This document shows positions 1-10,497 of a DNA stretch of 64,000 nucleotides, piece after piece. The notes beneath the pieces are model-generated. The model did no database searches. It saw only the letters and a list, made by a program, of their open reading frames with translations, and was not told the origin of the DNA. This DNA is from Candidatus Poribacteria bacterium (lineage in GTDB: Bacteria > Poribacteria > WGA-4E > WGA-3G): positions 213,015 to 277,014 of the forward strand of contig CBDBFU010000012.1 in the NCBI GenBank assembly GCA_965205025.1. Reading direction: 5' to 3'. How positions within the stretch are numbered: the first letter of the stretch is position 1; every line of letters begins with the position of its first letter. The position numbers were made by a program, and so were the translations under genes.

Positions 1-1
1 C

Positions 2-259
2 CCTTTAATCACTAAAGAGAATAAGCCTTTATCAGAAATTCGGTTCGCTTTGATTCATAACCCAATTGTTATTTTTGAACCTAATAAGGTTAAAGGGGAA
101 AGACTGTTAGGTACATCCGCTATTTATGGAGATATATCTATTCCACTTCAAAACATACAATATATCCATTTTGGAGAAAAAGCAAAATCATTCAAATCCG
201 TTTTTGCTGATTGGGTTGTCCGTCCAGCAAAAGAACCAGGATTAAGTGCTGATCGATAA
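2..259 (+). CDS. Possible 3' end of a CDS running in from upstream of the window (partial); competes with a minus-strand ORF 148..387
   Basis: The frame is open from position 2 to the TAA at 257-259. The translation has no recognisable motif. The overlapping antisense ORF makes this assignment ambiguous. Confidence 0.2.
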   Translation, partial: PLITKENKPLSEIRFALIHNPIVIFEPNKVKGERLLGTSAIYGDISIPLQNIQYIHFGEKAKSFKSVFADWVVRPAKEPGLSADR

Positions 260-404
260 TCTTCGTTAATCGTTTTCCTTACCAAACTATATGTCTCTTG
301 TACGAAGATTTCTGATCCAAATTTGCTTTTGGGTAGTAGAAAATTCCAGTCCATAATTTTATTCTTTCTAACGTCACCATTCATCATCTGAAATTACTAT
401 ACCC

Positions 405-660
405 ATTTCTTATACCATTTCTGGTAATTAAAGTCTCATTAATAGAATCTCTTTAATGTAGCACAAACTTCATGAGGATTAAGTTTTAAATTCGGTAATT
501 CCCATTTTTCCAAACTTGGTAGGTTCGGTTTCCTAACCGAACCGAATTTCTAACACATTACCGAATTATTATTTTAATCTTCATCCAGTTTGTGTAGTAT
601 TTCAAGACATAAATATCACCTAAACATGGGAGAATCATTTATAGAAATGGTATAATTTCC
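405..660. mobile_element. Composite MITE-like element, same families as 42438..42705
   Basis: TIRs 'ttataccatttct' (409-421) and 'agaaatggtataa' (643-655). Inner junction 'gtagcacaaactt'...'cagtttgtgtag'. Inner insert 'aattcggtaatt...ggtaggttcggtttcctaaccgaaccg...attaccgaatt', which contains a perfect hairpin GGTTCGG-TTTCCTAA-CCGAACC. Confidence 0.65.
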
Positions 661-912
661 ACTTGAATACTTTTTGAAATATAAGATTTTCCTTAATCAA
701 ATGCTTAACATTTGATAAAATAAAGGATAATCACATCCTCATCATACTTCCATTTAACATAAGCAGAACTATCACAATCCTATTTTTCTATTGAGATTGG
801 GATACAAAAGGTAAACATCGAAATAACGAATTTACTTCAATAGATACCCAATTTACTCGTTATCTTGTGTAAATACAAATAAAAATAACACCAACGAAAA
901 GGAACACCAGAT

Positions 913-2373
913 ATGGATAAAAGACCCAATATATTGTGGTATTGTACAGACCAACAACGATTCGATACAATTGGTGCGTTAGGAAATAAACATATTCGCA
1001 CCCCCAGACTAAATGAACTTGTCCGTAAATCAGTCACATTTACGCATGCATATTGTCAATCTCCTATCTGTACACCTTCACGCGCAAGTTTCATGACGGG
1101 GATGTATCCTTCAACGCTGAGTGTTACAGGAAATGGTAACCCCGTTTTTCCGCAATACTATGAAGATCGTCTGATTTCTCATGTACTCGCACAAGAGGGA
1201 TACGATTGTGGATTAATAGGAAAACTACATCTCGCAAGTGCTTATGAGGCGCAGGAAAACCGAGTTAACGATGGATACCGGTATTTTCAATATAGCCACG
1301 ACCATGGAAAACCGAAAGCGTTTGGACACGAATATGCTGAGTGGGTACGAGAACAAGGAGAAGACTTGGCAGACATATTATCAAACAGAGTGGTCAACCA
1401 AAATCCTAAGAAGAAGACTGGACAGTTTCCTGAACCTACACCTGATTCTGATAACATACCACCACATCTACATCAGACTTATTGGTGTACAGAAAAAGCA
1501 ATTGAATTCATAAAGAAGAATAGAAGAAAAGATCAACCGTGGATGCTAAATATCAATCCATTTGATCCACATCCAGGATTTGACGCTCCATGGGAATATT
1601 ACCGACGGTATGATCCAGAAACTTTACCCGGTCCATACTTTGAAGACACCGATATACCATTTCAGAATAAATTAACCGAAGCAGGTATTGATTTTCAATC
1701 TAAAGCAACACACCCATCTGAGTTTGATGGGAAACAGGTACAGGCTTCTTATTACGCTATGATTGAACAAGTTGACCATGAGTTTGGACGAATCCTCGAT
1801 TTTCTCGATGCAGAAAACCTTCGTGATAACACTATAATTATATTTACTTCTGATCATGGAGAATCTCTCGGTGACCACGGACTACTCTACAAAGGCTGTC
1901 GTTTTTACGAAGGATTAGTAAGAGTTCCACTTATTATTTCAATGCCAACCCGTTTTCTCGCGGGTATATATAGTCATGACCTTGTTGAACTTATTGACAT
2001 TGTCCCTACCCTGTATGAACTGTTGGAAATTGATATTCCCTATTATGTTCAGGGTAAACCCCTAAATCAGATAATGCGTGGTACTGTTTTTCACAATGAA
2101 CACCGTGAAGCAGTCCGTTCAGAATTCTTCGGTGCATTAGCTACAGCCGATCAAACACATGCCACAATGTATAGAGATCAACGATGGAAGCTCGTTGTAT
2201 ACCATCAGAAAGGAATATGCGAACTCTATGATCTTCGGCACGATCCATGGGAACATCATGATCTCTCGGAAGATAATGATTATCAGGACATCAAGTGGGA
2301 ACTGATGCAGAAAAGTTTCGATGCAACTGTTTATGCACACCCACAAATGATACCACGTGTCGCGTCCCATTAA
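913..2373 (+). CDS. Arylsulfatase (formylglycine-dependent sulfatase family)
   Basis: ATG start. N-terminal sulfatase signature 'CQSPICTPSRASFMTGMYP' (the C-x-P-x-R FGly motif) and a 'TSDHGE' metal-binding motif. Length 486 aa is typical for the family. Confidence 0.85.
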   Translation: MDKRPNILWYCTDQQRFDTIGALGNKHIRTPRLNELVRKSVTFTHAYCQSPICTPSRASFMTGMYPSTLSVTGNGNPVFPQYYEDRLISHVLAQEGYDCGLIGKLHLASAYEAQENRVNDGYRYFQYSHDHGKPKAFGHEYAEWVREQGEDLADILSNRVVNQNPKKKTGQFPEPTPDSDNIPPHLHQTYWCTEKAIEFIKKNRRKDQPWMLNINPFDPHPGFDAPWEYYRRYDPETLPGPYFEDTDIPFQNKLTEAGIDFQSKATHPSEFDGKQVQASYYAMIEQVDHEFGRILDFLDAENLRDNTIIIFTSDHGESLGDHGLLYKGCRFYEGLVRVPLIISMPTRFLAGIYSHDLVELIDIVPTLYELLEIDIPYYVQGKPLNQIMRGTVFHNEHREAVRSEFFGALATADQTHATMYRDQRWKLVVYHQKGICELYDLRHDPWEHHDLSEDNDYQDIKWELMQKSFDATVYAHPQMIPRVASH

Positions 2374-2450
2374 CACACTAATACCAATTTTGTATAACCT
2401 TACCACCCTACAAATTGGTAATTGATACTTCATTCGCAAGGTGTGAATAG

Positions 2451-4364
2451 ATGACTGTAAGAGCCATACTCATCGGTTTAGCACTTGTCATCTTACAAAC
2501 GGCAATCACACCATATAATGACTACTACCTTCAAGGGACAGATATCTCAGGAAATCATTTCCCTTTAGGTGCGGTATTCACCCTCATATTCCTTACCTTA
2601 TTTATCAATCCCATCCTAAAGAAAGTTCTACCCCGAGCAATGTTAAATCCCAGAGAATTAATTGTAATTTGGGTGATGATGGTAGTTAGTTCAGCAATTC
2701 CTTCTAAAGGAATGATAGGTTTCTTGCTCCCCTATTTAGCCGCACCAGTCTATTTTGCAACCCCAGAAAATGAGTGGGCAGAGACGCTTCATTCTCACTT
2801 CCCTGAATGGTTAATAGTATGGGATAAACAAGCTGTTACGAATTTCTATGAGGGCGAATCCTCTGTGCCGTGGATACCTTGGATGAAGCCAATCCTTGTC
2901 TGGTCTGCTTTCATACTCTTATTCTATTGTGTCACAATCTGCGTTTCGATTGTCATACGAAAACAGTGGGTAGAACGCGAAAGGTATGTATTCCCACTCG
3001 TATCTATCCCTGTAGAGATGGTTCAACAAACATCTGGAAATATAAAGCTAAATGGTTTCTTTAGGAAACGTCTTATCTGGATAGGTTTCGGTATCGCAGC
3101 AGCATTCCATCTACTTAATGGATTGCACGAATACTTCCCTGCTATACCGTCTATTCCAAATAGATACGATTTATATACACCATTCACTGAACGTCCCTGG
3201 ATTGTGATGAGATGGTGGCCGCAATTCAGGTTCTTTTTATATTTCTCGGTAATAGGAATAACCTACTTTCTGGCAACAGAAATCTCCTTTAGTTGTTGGT
3301 TCTTCTTTCTCTTCTTTAAGTTACAATATATCATCATAAACGCATTTGCAATTCCCATCAGTCCTTGGATCAGTGCCAGAGGACAAACCATGGCTGCCTA
3401 TGTAATAATGGTTATCGCCTTTCTCATAAACAGTCGCGCACATATCAAAGATATAATACTGAAGTCTTTCCAACCTTCAAATTCTACTTCAATGATTGAT
3501 GATTCTGATGAAGTGCTCTCCTATAGAAGTGCATTCTTTGGTGGAATCATCAGTTTTCTACTACTAACTGCTTTATGTGTTTATGCTGGCATGTCGTTTT
3601 GGGTTGCCTGTAGTATCATCATACTCTTTTTAATTGCATCCACAGCACTGTCTTGGATGGTAGTAAACGGTGGAATGCTACTAATACAGGCACCAATGTA
3701 TCCTGTAGAATATTTTGAGATAATTACTGGTTCAAGAATCATAAATGCCAGTAGTTTAGCACTATTGGGTTTTCAAAGAGTTATGATGCGGGATTGGGGA
3801 GGTATATTGATGCCGAGTGTATTGCACGGGTTCAAAGCATCTGATCCAGTAGGGCTAAAACGAAAGAGTCTGTTCTTTGTAATGGCAATATCTATGGTTG
3901 TCGCAATCGGGGTTTCCTATGTGGCATCACTCCCATTGATATACGAAAAAGGAGGGTTAAATTTACAGCACGGTCCTTTTGTTGGTGCTCCGCGATACTT
4001 TAATCATATGGTTTCTCTAATTCAATATCCAAAAGATCCAAAAATGGGAGAAGCATATAGCATGTTATTAGGGGCGGGAATTACATCTTTTTTATTGATA
4101 ATGCAACGCCAATTTATGTGGTGGCAAATACACCCAATTGGGTATGTCATGGGTGCTGTTTATTCCTCCTATTTTCTGTGGTCATGTATGTTCGTCGGTT
4201 GGCTATTGAAGTACTTAATACTCAAAACAGGAGGAATCGGATACTATAGAAGACTCCGACCCGTATTCATGGGATTAATTATTGGAGAGTTTGGGATTAT
4301 TGGAGCATGGATGGTTCTGGGGATATTTACTGGTGTTAATTACCATAATGCACTACCGGGATAA
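2451..4364 (+). CDS. Polytopic integral membrane protein of unknown function (>12 predicted TM segments)
   Basis: ATG start, 637 aa. Long hydrophobic stretches run throughout (e.g. 'ILIGLALVILQTAI', 'VFTLIFLTLFINPIL', 'FFFLFFKLQYIIINAFAIPI'). No catalytic motif recognised. It lies directly downstream of the sulfatase gene. Confidence 0.6.
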   Translation: MTVRAILIGLALVILQTAITPYNDYYLQGTDISGNHFPLGAVFTLIFLTLFINPILKKVLPRAMLNPRELIVIWVMMVVSSAIPSKGMIGFLLPYLAAPVYFATPENEWAETLHSHFPEWLIVWDKQAVTNFYEGESSVPWIPWMKPILVWSAFILLFYCVTICVSIVIRKQWVERERYVFPLVSIPVEMVQQTSGNIKLNGFFRKRLIWIGFGIAAAFHLLNGLHEYFPAIPSIPNRYDLYTPFTERPWIVMRWWPQFRFFLYFSVIGITYFLATEISFSCWFFFLFFKLQYIIINAFAIPISPWISARGQTMAAYVIMVIAFLINSRAHIKDIILKSFQPSNSTSMIDDSDEVLSYRSAFFGGIISFLLLTALCVYAGMSFWVACSIIILFLIASTALSWMVVNGGMLLIQAPMYPVEYFEIITGSRIINASSLALLGFQRVMMRDWGGILMPSVLHGFKASDPVGLKRKSLFFVMAISMVVAIGVSYVASLPLIYEKGGLNLQHGPFVGAPRYFNHMVSLIQYPKDPKMGEAYSMLLGAGITSFLLIMQRQFMWWQIHPIGYVMGAVYSSYFLWSCMFVGWLLKYLILKTGGIGYYRRLRPVFMGLIIGEFGIIGAWMVLGIFTGVNYHNALPG

Positions 4365-4521
4365 TGCTACCTGGTATTCGACTTCTACCTTGGAATGATG
4401 TCTTTTCACGGTGTTTCTGTAGTGTGACTCAATGAATTGGTATATATGATAGAGATCATGTTATAATTCTCTAAATTACCATTACAGAATTATAATCACA
4501 TATCACAATTTGGATAGAAAA

Positions 4522-5181
4522 ATGTCAGCTCAAAATGCATCCAATACTGAAAAACTTACTCTAAAATACTTGGAAGTAGAAGAGATCACAATTACTGGTT
4601 CAGAGAATATACCTGATACAGCATTTCGTGCTGCCAAGCAGATTATATTAAAGATAACTTCTAAACATCCAGATATCCTTAACTATCTATCAGGATATGA
4701 ATGCATTCTTGTTGCACCGGAGGAGTGTGTACAGGCATCTGTAAGATGGAAAGAAGGACACTTCAAATCATCGGCAGGTTTGGCAATTGGACCGCGAAAC
4801 GATTTGGGGTTCCCCGGACGGTTAGCTGCTTCTATCGTATGGCGGAAAAAACCAAGTATGCGCGTATTTATTCACGAATTTGGACACGCAATCGGTTTTG
4901 TCATATCACAGATTGATACGCAGTATGAGCTATTATTACAACGAGCTTATAATAAAGCAATAGAATTGGGATTATGGCAAGATGAACCTTTTATTAAGAG
5001 AATAGGAAGACCGGGTCATGATCCTGTCGCTGAGTATTGGGCAGAAGGTGTTCGTAGGTGGTATTCATACGGTAAGGGACACAAATTCAAATCCAGAGAG
5101 GAATTTAAAAAATATGATCCAGGACTAACCCATTTGTTAACTCGTTGGATATCCAACGAGGAGATTCCTCTAACTTACTAA
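4522..5181 (+). CDS. Hypothetical protein with an HExxH zinc-metallopeptidase-like motif
   Basis: The ORF-track start at 4510 is TTG. The first ATG, at 4522, gives 'MSAQNAS...'. Contains 'FIHEFGHAIGF' (HExxH). No signal peptide is obvious. Confidence 0.45.
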   Translation: MSAQNASNTEKLTLKYLEVEEITITGSENIPDTAFRAAKQIILKITSKHPDILNYLSGYECILVAPEECVQASVRWKEGHFKSSAGLAIGPRNDLGFPGRLAASIVWRKKPSMRVFIHEFGHAIGFVISQIDTQYELLLQRAYNKAIELGLWQDEPFIKRIGRPGHDPVAEYWAEGVRRWYSYGKGHKFKSREEFKKYDPGLTHLLTRWISNEEIPLTY

Positions 5182-5398
5182 TATAGAATTTGTCAATTCG
5201 ATGTTTACAGGTGGGTGTGTAAAGTAATTGTCACTTTACTTAACACCAATGATATCTCAATTTCAATTCATCCAGTCTGAATTTCGAGAATTACAGATTA
5301 TTCTTCACTACTATAATTTTCGACAATTCTATTTCAAGGGGTAACTGAGAATCTAATGATAAGTCTATTTTTTGGAGTTTCTATATCAAAAATACCGT

Positions 5399-5468
5399 AC
5401 TCCAGCGGAGTACTATGTCTATAGAAAACAATATCGGAACAGTCTGACACTCCAGCGGAGTGCTATGT
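5399..5468. repeat. Two copies of a about 21-nt motif ACTCCAGCGGAGT(A/G)CTATGT about 50 bp apart
   Basis: 5399-5418 and 5449-5468. The motif contains the small hairpin ACTCC-agc-GGAGT. A third copy is at 45809-45829. Confidence 0.6.
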
Positions 5469-5865
5469 CCCAATACACTTCGTATGAAAAACATATAAGT
5501 ACTTAATTCATACTTAAGTTATAGTGTAATTAACGTATGTGATTCACGGAGAATTGGTCTACTTAAATTATAAACCCTTATAGAATAAGGGCTCGTAAAA
5601 TTGCTCCGTGAAGGTTTCCGTGAAAGTGCTATCATTTCAAAATGATAGATATTAACACTTTTTCCATTCACATTATCCATACATCTAACATAATTAGGTA
5701 TTTATCTCACTTTGAAAGTATAAGTAGCATTTGTGGTATCCAGATACAATAGCAGCGTAATGTTTAATGACAGAAACTTTACACACCCGATTGCCTTTCG
5801 TAGATTGATAAATATATATAGATGTGATATACTTTTTCCATAATTTATACAAGGAATTAATGTAA

Positions 5866-6783
5866 ATGAATACGGATAATGGCAAAGATGTTCAACAAAA
5901 GGACTTACCTGACGGAGCAAAATATCGACTTGGGAAGAGTAGTATTACAGGTAATGTAGTTTTTTCACCAGATGGTACACAACTATCTGTTTGTGGTGAT
6001 ATAGGCACTTGGATATATGATGCACAGAGTGGAGACGAGGTAAGCCTTCTCGCGGGACATAGAGAGTATGCATGGAGTGTAGCATATTCACCTGATAGTG
6101 GTACAGTAGCGACAGGAACCTATGAAGAGTTATGGTTATGGGATAGTTCTACAGGACTCCCAAAAACCACATTGAAAGAACATACTGACCATGTACGATC
6201 ACTTGCTTATTCCCCTGATGGAACTACTATCGCGAGTGGTGGGGCTGATAATCTAATCATTCTATGGGATACTGAAACAGAGTCGGTAAAATCAACTTTA
6301 AAAGGACACACAGGATCAGTAAGGAGTATTGCTTATTCCCCTGATGGTAGTATCATTGCAAGCGCGAGTTCCGATGAATCTGTTATTTTATGGCAAGCGG
6401 CATCGGGGAAATCTAAAGTGACACTCAAAGGACATACACACGTGGTAAATTCTGTGGCATATTCTCCTGATGGAGAAACGATTGTTACAGGAAGTTCCGA
6501 TGGTACTGTGCGTTTGTGGGATGCTTTCACAGGACAACGTAAGAGTACATTAGCAGATTATAAGTTTTATATATGGAGTGTTACATATTCCCCCGATGGT
6601 AACACAATTGCTGTCGGTGGTAGAGATGGTGCTGTCCGTTTCGTTGATCCTTCTTCAGGTGAATCAAATTCTGAACTAAAAGGACACATTGGTTCAGTGA
6701 GAAGTATCGCTTTTTCTCCTGATGGTAGCTTATTGGCAAGTGGTAGTGAAGACCATTCTGTACTTTTGTGGGATCTAAGTTAG
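5866..6783 (+). CDS. WD40 (beta-propeller) repeat protein
   Basis: About seven repeats of the form 'LKGHTxxVxSxAYSPDGxxIASGSxDxxxxLWD'. ATG start. Confidence 0.85.
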   Translation: MNTDNGKDVQQKDLPDGAKYRLGKSSITGNVVFSPDGTQLSVCGDIGTWIYDAQSGDEVSLLAGHREYAWSVAYSPDSGTVATGTYEELWLWDSSTGLPKTTLKEHTDHVRSLAYSPDGTTIASGGADNLIILWDTETESVKSTLKGHTGSVRSIAYSPDGSIIASASSDESVILWQAASGKSKVTLKGHTHVVNSVAYSPDGETIVTGSSDGTVRLWDAFTGQRKSTLADYKFYIWSVTYSPDGNTIAVGGRDGAVRFVDPSSGESNSELKGHIGSVRSIAFSPDGSLLASGSEDHSVLLWDLS

Positions 6784-6816
6784 TAGAATCTTGTGGAATT
6801 GTAATTGTTTTGATTG

Positions 6817-7518
6817 ATGATGGGAGATGACATAATGCAAAAGACAATACAGGCAGTGCCGTCAATTTTCTATCCTGAATCAGATGGGAAACCTATGGCA
6901 GAAACTGAAGTTCATCGGGACTTGATGATTGATTTTATACAGATGCTTAAACATCATTACAGAGATCGTGAGGATGTCTGTATTTCTGGCAATATGTTTA
7001 TGTACTATGAAGAAGGTGACGCAACGAAGTCTGTAGCACCAGATGTTTTCGTTGCTTTTAGTGTCGCGAAAAAGCAACGTAGGACATACTTGACTTGGGA
7101 GGAAGGACGTACACCTGATTTTGTGTTAGAGGTAGCAAGTCCAAGTACTTTTAAAGATGACATGAGAAAAAAGAAAGAACTCTACGCTTCTGTGCTTGAG
7201 GTGAAGGAGTATTTCATCTATGACCCACTTGGGGAAATCGTACCCAGTTTCATTGGATTTCGTTTGGATGAAGGTGTTTATGAAGAGATCGATTTTCTAA
7301 ATGACCGGTTACCATCGTCTGTATTAGGTTTGGAGTTAGGAGAACGGGAAGGTATATTAAAATTATATAATCCGACTACATCCGAATGGTTACAAACAAT
7401 GCCAGAAAGAGCAGAAACCGCTGAAGTTAGAGCAGAAACCGCTGAAGTTAGAGCAGAAACCGCTGAAGCTGAATTAGAAAAAGCTTTAGAAGAAATTGAA
7501 CGTCTTCGTGGAAAATAG
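6817..7518 (+). CDS. Uma2-family (DUF820) putative restriction-endonuclease-like protein with a C-terminal heptad-repeat tail
   Basis: N-terminal region 'ESDGKPMAETEVHRDLMIDFIQML...PDVFVAF...EEGRTPDFVLEVASPST' is typical of Uma2/DUF820. The C-terminus carries 'RAETAEV' x3, encoded by a 21-bp tandem repeat, followed by a coiled-coil-like 'ELEKALEEIERLRGK'. The ORF-track start at 6814 is TTG; ATG codons lie at 6817 and 6835. Confidence 0.7.
   Translation: MMGDDIMQKTIQAVPSIFYPESDGKPMAETEVHRDLMIDFIQMLKHHYRDREDVCISGNMFMYYEEGDATKSVAPDVFVAFSVAKKQRRTYLTWEEGRTPDFVLEVASPSTFKDDMRKKKELYASVLEVKEYFIYDPLGEIVPSFIGFRLDEGVYEEIDFLNDRLPSSVLGLELGEREGILKLYNPTTSEWLQTMPERAETAEVRAETAEVRAETAEAELEKALEEIERLRGK
7408..7470 (+). 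repeat. Perfect 21-bp tandem repeat x3 (agagcagaaaccgctgaagtt) inside the 3' end of the Uma2-like gene
   Basis: Read directly from the sequence. It encodes RAETAEV x3. The third unit has one substitution (gtt to gct). Confidence 0.9.
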
Positions 7519-7643
7519 CAAATAATGAAACTAACGATGTATTCGCTAAAATCAGTAATTATATATCAATTCTATGGAAACACTTGCAAGGTTTTCTGTA
7601 GCAACGATATACTGAATTATATCATAACAAGTTAATTGTTCGA

Positions 7644-9338
7644 CTACACTCGCATTACAACAGGTAGGACTAAAGGACTCCGTCGCATCTGTTCGGTGAA
7701 AAATCTACGGAGAGCCGTTCGAATTTCATCCTGAATTGTTTCTGTTTCGTGCTTCTGTTCATCACTGAGATTTTCGATAACTCTCCGCGTGATTTCTTTC
7801 GCTTCTTCCACAAGTTCTTCAGATTCATCCATATATACAAAACCACGAGAAACTATTTCTGGTTCGGTTGCTATCGCACCACCATCACTATGCATGACAA
7901 TAATCGGTATAACCATACCATCTTGGGAAAGCTGAATTCTATCCCGTAATACGATATCTTCAAGTCCAATCTCCGGTTTCCCATCCACCAATACTCTCCC
8001 TGATCGTCCCTCACGTTCATATACTTCACATGAATTAGCGGTGAGTTGTATGAGTTCACCGTCTTCTGCAACCCTAATATTATCTGCTGGTATCCCAACA
8101 GATTCAGCGAGTTCGGCATGTCGGATTAAATTTTGGTATTCACCGTGAATTGGGATGAAGAATTCTGGTTGTAGCAGATTTAACATCAGTTTAAGATCTT
8201 CAGATGCCCCATGACCAGAAACATGCACATTTGCATTCTTTTCATGGAAAATATTAGCTCCGCGTCTAAGTAGATGATTAATTACATTTCCAATGGATCT
8301 CTCATTTCCCGGAATCTGTCGGGCTGATATGACAACAGTGTCATTTGGTTCAATCTTCAAGAATGGATGATTGTCAAGGGCTAATAATGCTAATGCTGAT
8401 CTCGGTTCACCTTGACTACCAGTAGTAAATACCACGACCTCATCTGGTTTGAACATTGTCGCTTCACGCGCATCAATCAGAAAGTCCGGATTCATATCAA
8501 GATAACCAAGATCCATTGCAGTGCGGATATTATTGGTAAGAGAACGACCCGTAACAGCAACAAGACGCCGATGCTTTTCTGCCAAATCAACAAATTGTTG
8601 GATTCTGTGAAGACTTGAGGAGAAGGTGCAGAGAAATAATTGTTGTTCAGTATTTTGAAAGATATTGTCTACAGCATCGTAAATGCTTCGTTCGGATGGA
8701 GTTTGACCAGGCCAGTTCGCATTTGTGCTATCTGAAAGCAGAAGGAGGACACCGTCACCACCTAAACGTGCAAGGGTTTGAATATCGGATAGTTTGCCAT
8801 CCACTGGTGTTGTGTCAAATTTGAAGTCTCCTGTATGGACAATTATACCGGCAGGAGTGTGAAGTGCTATTGCTACGGCATCTGGTATACTGTGCGTAAC
8901 ATAAATGAATTCAGCCGAAAAATCTCCTAATTCTACCTGATCACCCGGTTCAATTACATTCAATTGTGCTTCTGCCAAAACACCATATTCTTTTAACCGA
9001 CCTGTTGCTATTGAAAGTGTTAACTGTGTGCCGTAAACAGGAGCATTAATCTGTTGTAGGACATACGCTAAAGCACCAATGTGATCCTCATGACCATGTG
9101 TTAGAAGGATTCCACGAACTTTTTCTTGTCTTTCAACCAGATAATGGATATCTGGGAAAATCAGATCAACACCGGGCATGTCTGAACTGGGTAACATGAA
9201 ACCTGTGTCAATGACAAGGATGTCATTTTCGGTTTCATAGACCATCATGTTTAACCCGAATTCTCCTAATCCTCCTAATGGAATTATCGATATATTATGG
9301 TTAGATATGTTATCACTCCTATAAAATGTATTTGTCAT
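7644..9338 (-). CDS. rnj: Ribonuclease J (metallo-beta-lactamase / beta-CASP RNase)
   Basis: The 'LLTHGHEDHIGALAYVL' metallo-beta-lactamase motif sits near the N-terminus of a 564-aa protein, with beta-CASP-like downstream motifs. ATG start confirmed on the minus strand. Confidence 0.85.
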   Translation of the reverse strand: MTNTFYRSDNISNHNISIIPLGGLGEFGLNMMVYETENDILVIDTGFMLPSSDMPGVDLIFPDIHYLVERQEKVRGILLTHGHEDHIGALAYVLQQINAPVYGTQLTLSIATGRLKEYGVLAEAQLNVIEPGDQVELGDFSAEFIYVTHSIPDAVAIALHTPAGIIVHTGDFKFDTTPVDGKLSDIQTLARLGGDGVLLLLSDSTNANWPGQTPSERSIYDAVDNIFQNTEQQLFLCTFSSSLHRIQQFVDLAEKHRRLVAVTGRSLTNNIRTAMDLGYLDMNPDFLIDAREATMFKPDEVVVFTTGSQGEPRSALALLALDNHPFLKIEPNDTVVISARQIPGNERSIGNVINHLLRRGANIFHEKNANVHVSGHGASEDLKLMLNLLQPEFFIPIHGEYQNLIRHAELAESVGIPADNIRVAEDGELIQLTANSCEVYEREGRSGRVLVDGKPEIGLEDIVLRDRIQLSQDGMVIPIIVMHSDGGAIATEPEIVSRGFVYMDESEELVEEAKEITRRVIENLSDEQKHETETIQDEIRTALRRFFTEQMRRSPLVLPVVMRV

Positions 9339-9420
9339 TTGTATGTTATATCAGTCTGTCTACTTATATAATGGATATCTACATACTTATCACTAATTTA
9401 TAGTTCAATTTTTGACACAC

Positions 9421-10446
9421 TTATTTCCAATCAAGGTGAGAGAAATCGTAATTTGTTGATGTGATTTGCTGCAGATTTCCCGTTAATACATCAACAATAA
9501 AAATCTCACTTGTACGCCTGCGATCCGAATCTGAACCAATAAAAGCAACCTGACGACTATCAGGAGACCATACTGGGGCACGACCTGCATATAGACTTAA
9601 GTTAATATACCCACTAAATTGTCCGTTTTCCACTTTGGCAACGCATACATTTCCAGATGTAATAAATAATATCTTCTTACCATCTGGGGACCATTTTTCG
9701 ACCTTATCACAGGGTGGTTCGTTGCGCTGCAGATACCAAGTCCTACCCATACTGACAACATCTGGTTCTGCAAGTGCCAAATACCCATCTGTGATAAATG
9801 CTATCCAATTTTTGTCTGGTGACCACTCTGGCCAATTTGTCCCTTCTGGTAATACTTCAAGCAATCTCCTATGAGGTTCTTTTACCTTTTTACCGTTTAC
9901 ATCCCAATGTAACCATCCTTTTGTCCACCGTTCACTCCGCCATCGTTTAATTTCTCCATCAACAGTTACCACCCAATTCTCTAAACGATCTTTGGGACGA
10001 TCAATTTCGACCACTACCAATACAGCGTCGTTATTGGGTGACCACCAAAAATCATGTATAGCAAACACCTTCTTGATAAGACGTTTCTTCTCTGTGCCAT
10101 CAGAAAACATGATGTATAACGACTTTGCTTCGTCAATACCAGAAATGTATGCTATTCGTTTCCTATCCATTGAGATTTTTGGCATACGCGAAATACCATT
10201 ATCCGTTAGTTTGCTATAATTTGTTCCATCTGGATTCATTATACCGATGTTATACTGGTAGAAATCCCACCATTTCTTAGTATCCCTTCCTTTCTCCAGA
10301 CGTCCCGTTGAGGCACGAAAACCGTCTTCAGTTAAAAAAGGTTCACGGACTGCAAAGACCAATTTACCCGCAGATTCCTCTGCAGACACAATCCCATTTG
10401 CTATGAGAACTAATATGAGAATTCCGAGAAGATTCTTAATTTGCAT
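9421..10446 (-). CDS. Secreted TolB-like PD40 beta-propeller protein
   Basis: N-terminal signal peptide 'MQIKNLLGILILVLIANGIVSAEE'. Multiple PD40-type 'WSPDG/WSPDS/WSPDK' repeats. Confidence 0.7.
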   Translation of the reverse strand: MQIKNLLGILILVLIANGIVSAEESAGKLVFAVREPFLTEDGFRASTGRLEKGRDTKKWWDFYQYNIGIMNPDGTNYSKLTDNGISRMPKISMDRKRIAYISGIDEAKSLYIMFSDGTEKKRLIKKVFAIHDFWWSPNNDAVLVVVEIDRPKDRLENWVVTVDGEIKRWRSERWTKGWLHWDVNGKKVKEPHRRLLEVLPEGTNWPEWSPDKNWIAFITDGYLALAEPDVVSMGRTWYLQRNEPPCDKVEKWSPDGKKILFITSGNVCVAKVENGQFSGYINLSLYAGRAPVWSPDSRQVAFIGSDSDRRRTSEIFIVDVLTGNLQQITSTNYDFSHLDWK

Positions 10447-10497
10447 AATTTCTTATTATCCTAAAGTGAGTTTGGTGTATGAGAACTGTAATAGATA

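Noticed and set aside
1238-1513. 91-aa ORF nested in another frame inside the sulfatase gene
   Set aside because: It lies inside a well-supported 486-aa sulfatase CDS and has no motif, so it is a typical alternative-frame artefact. The other 60-100-aa nested or antisense ORFs in the track were rejected for the same reason.
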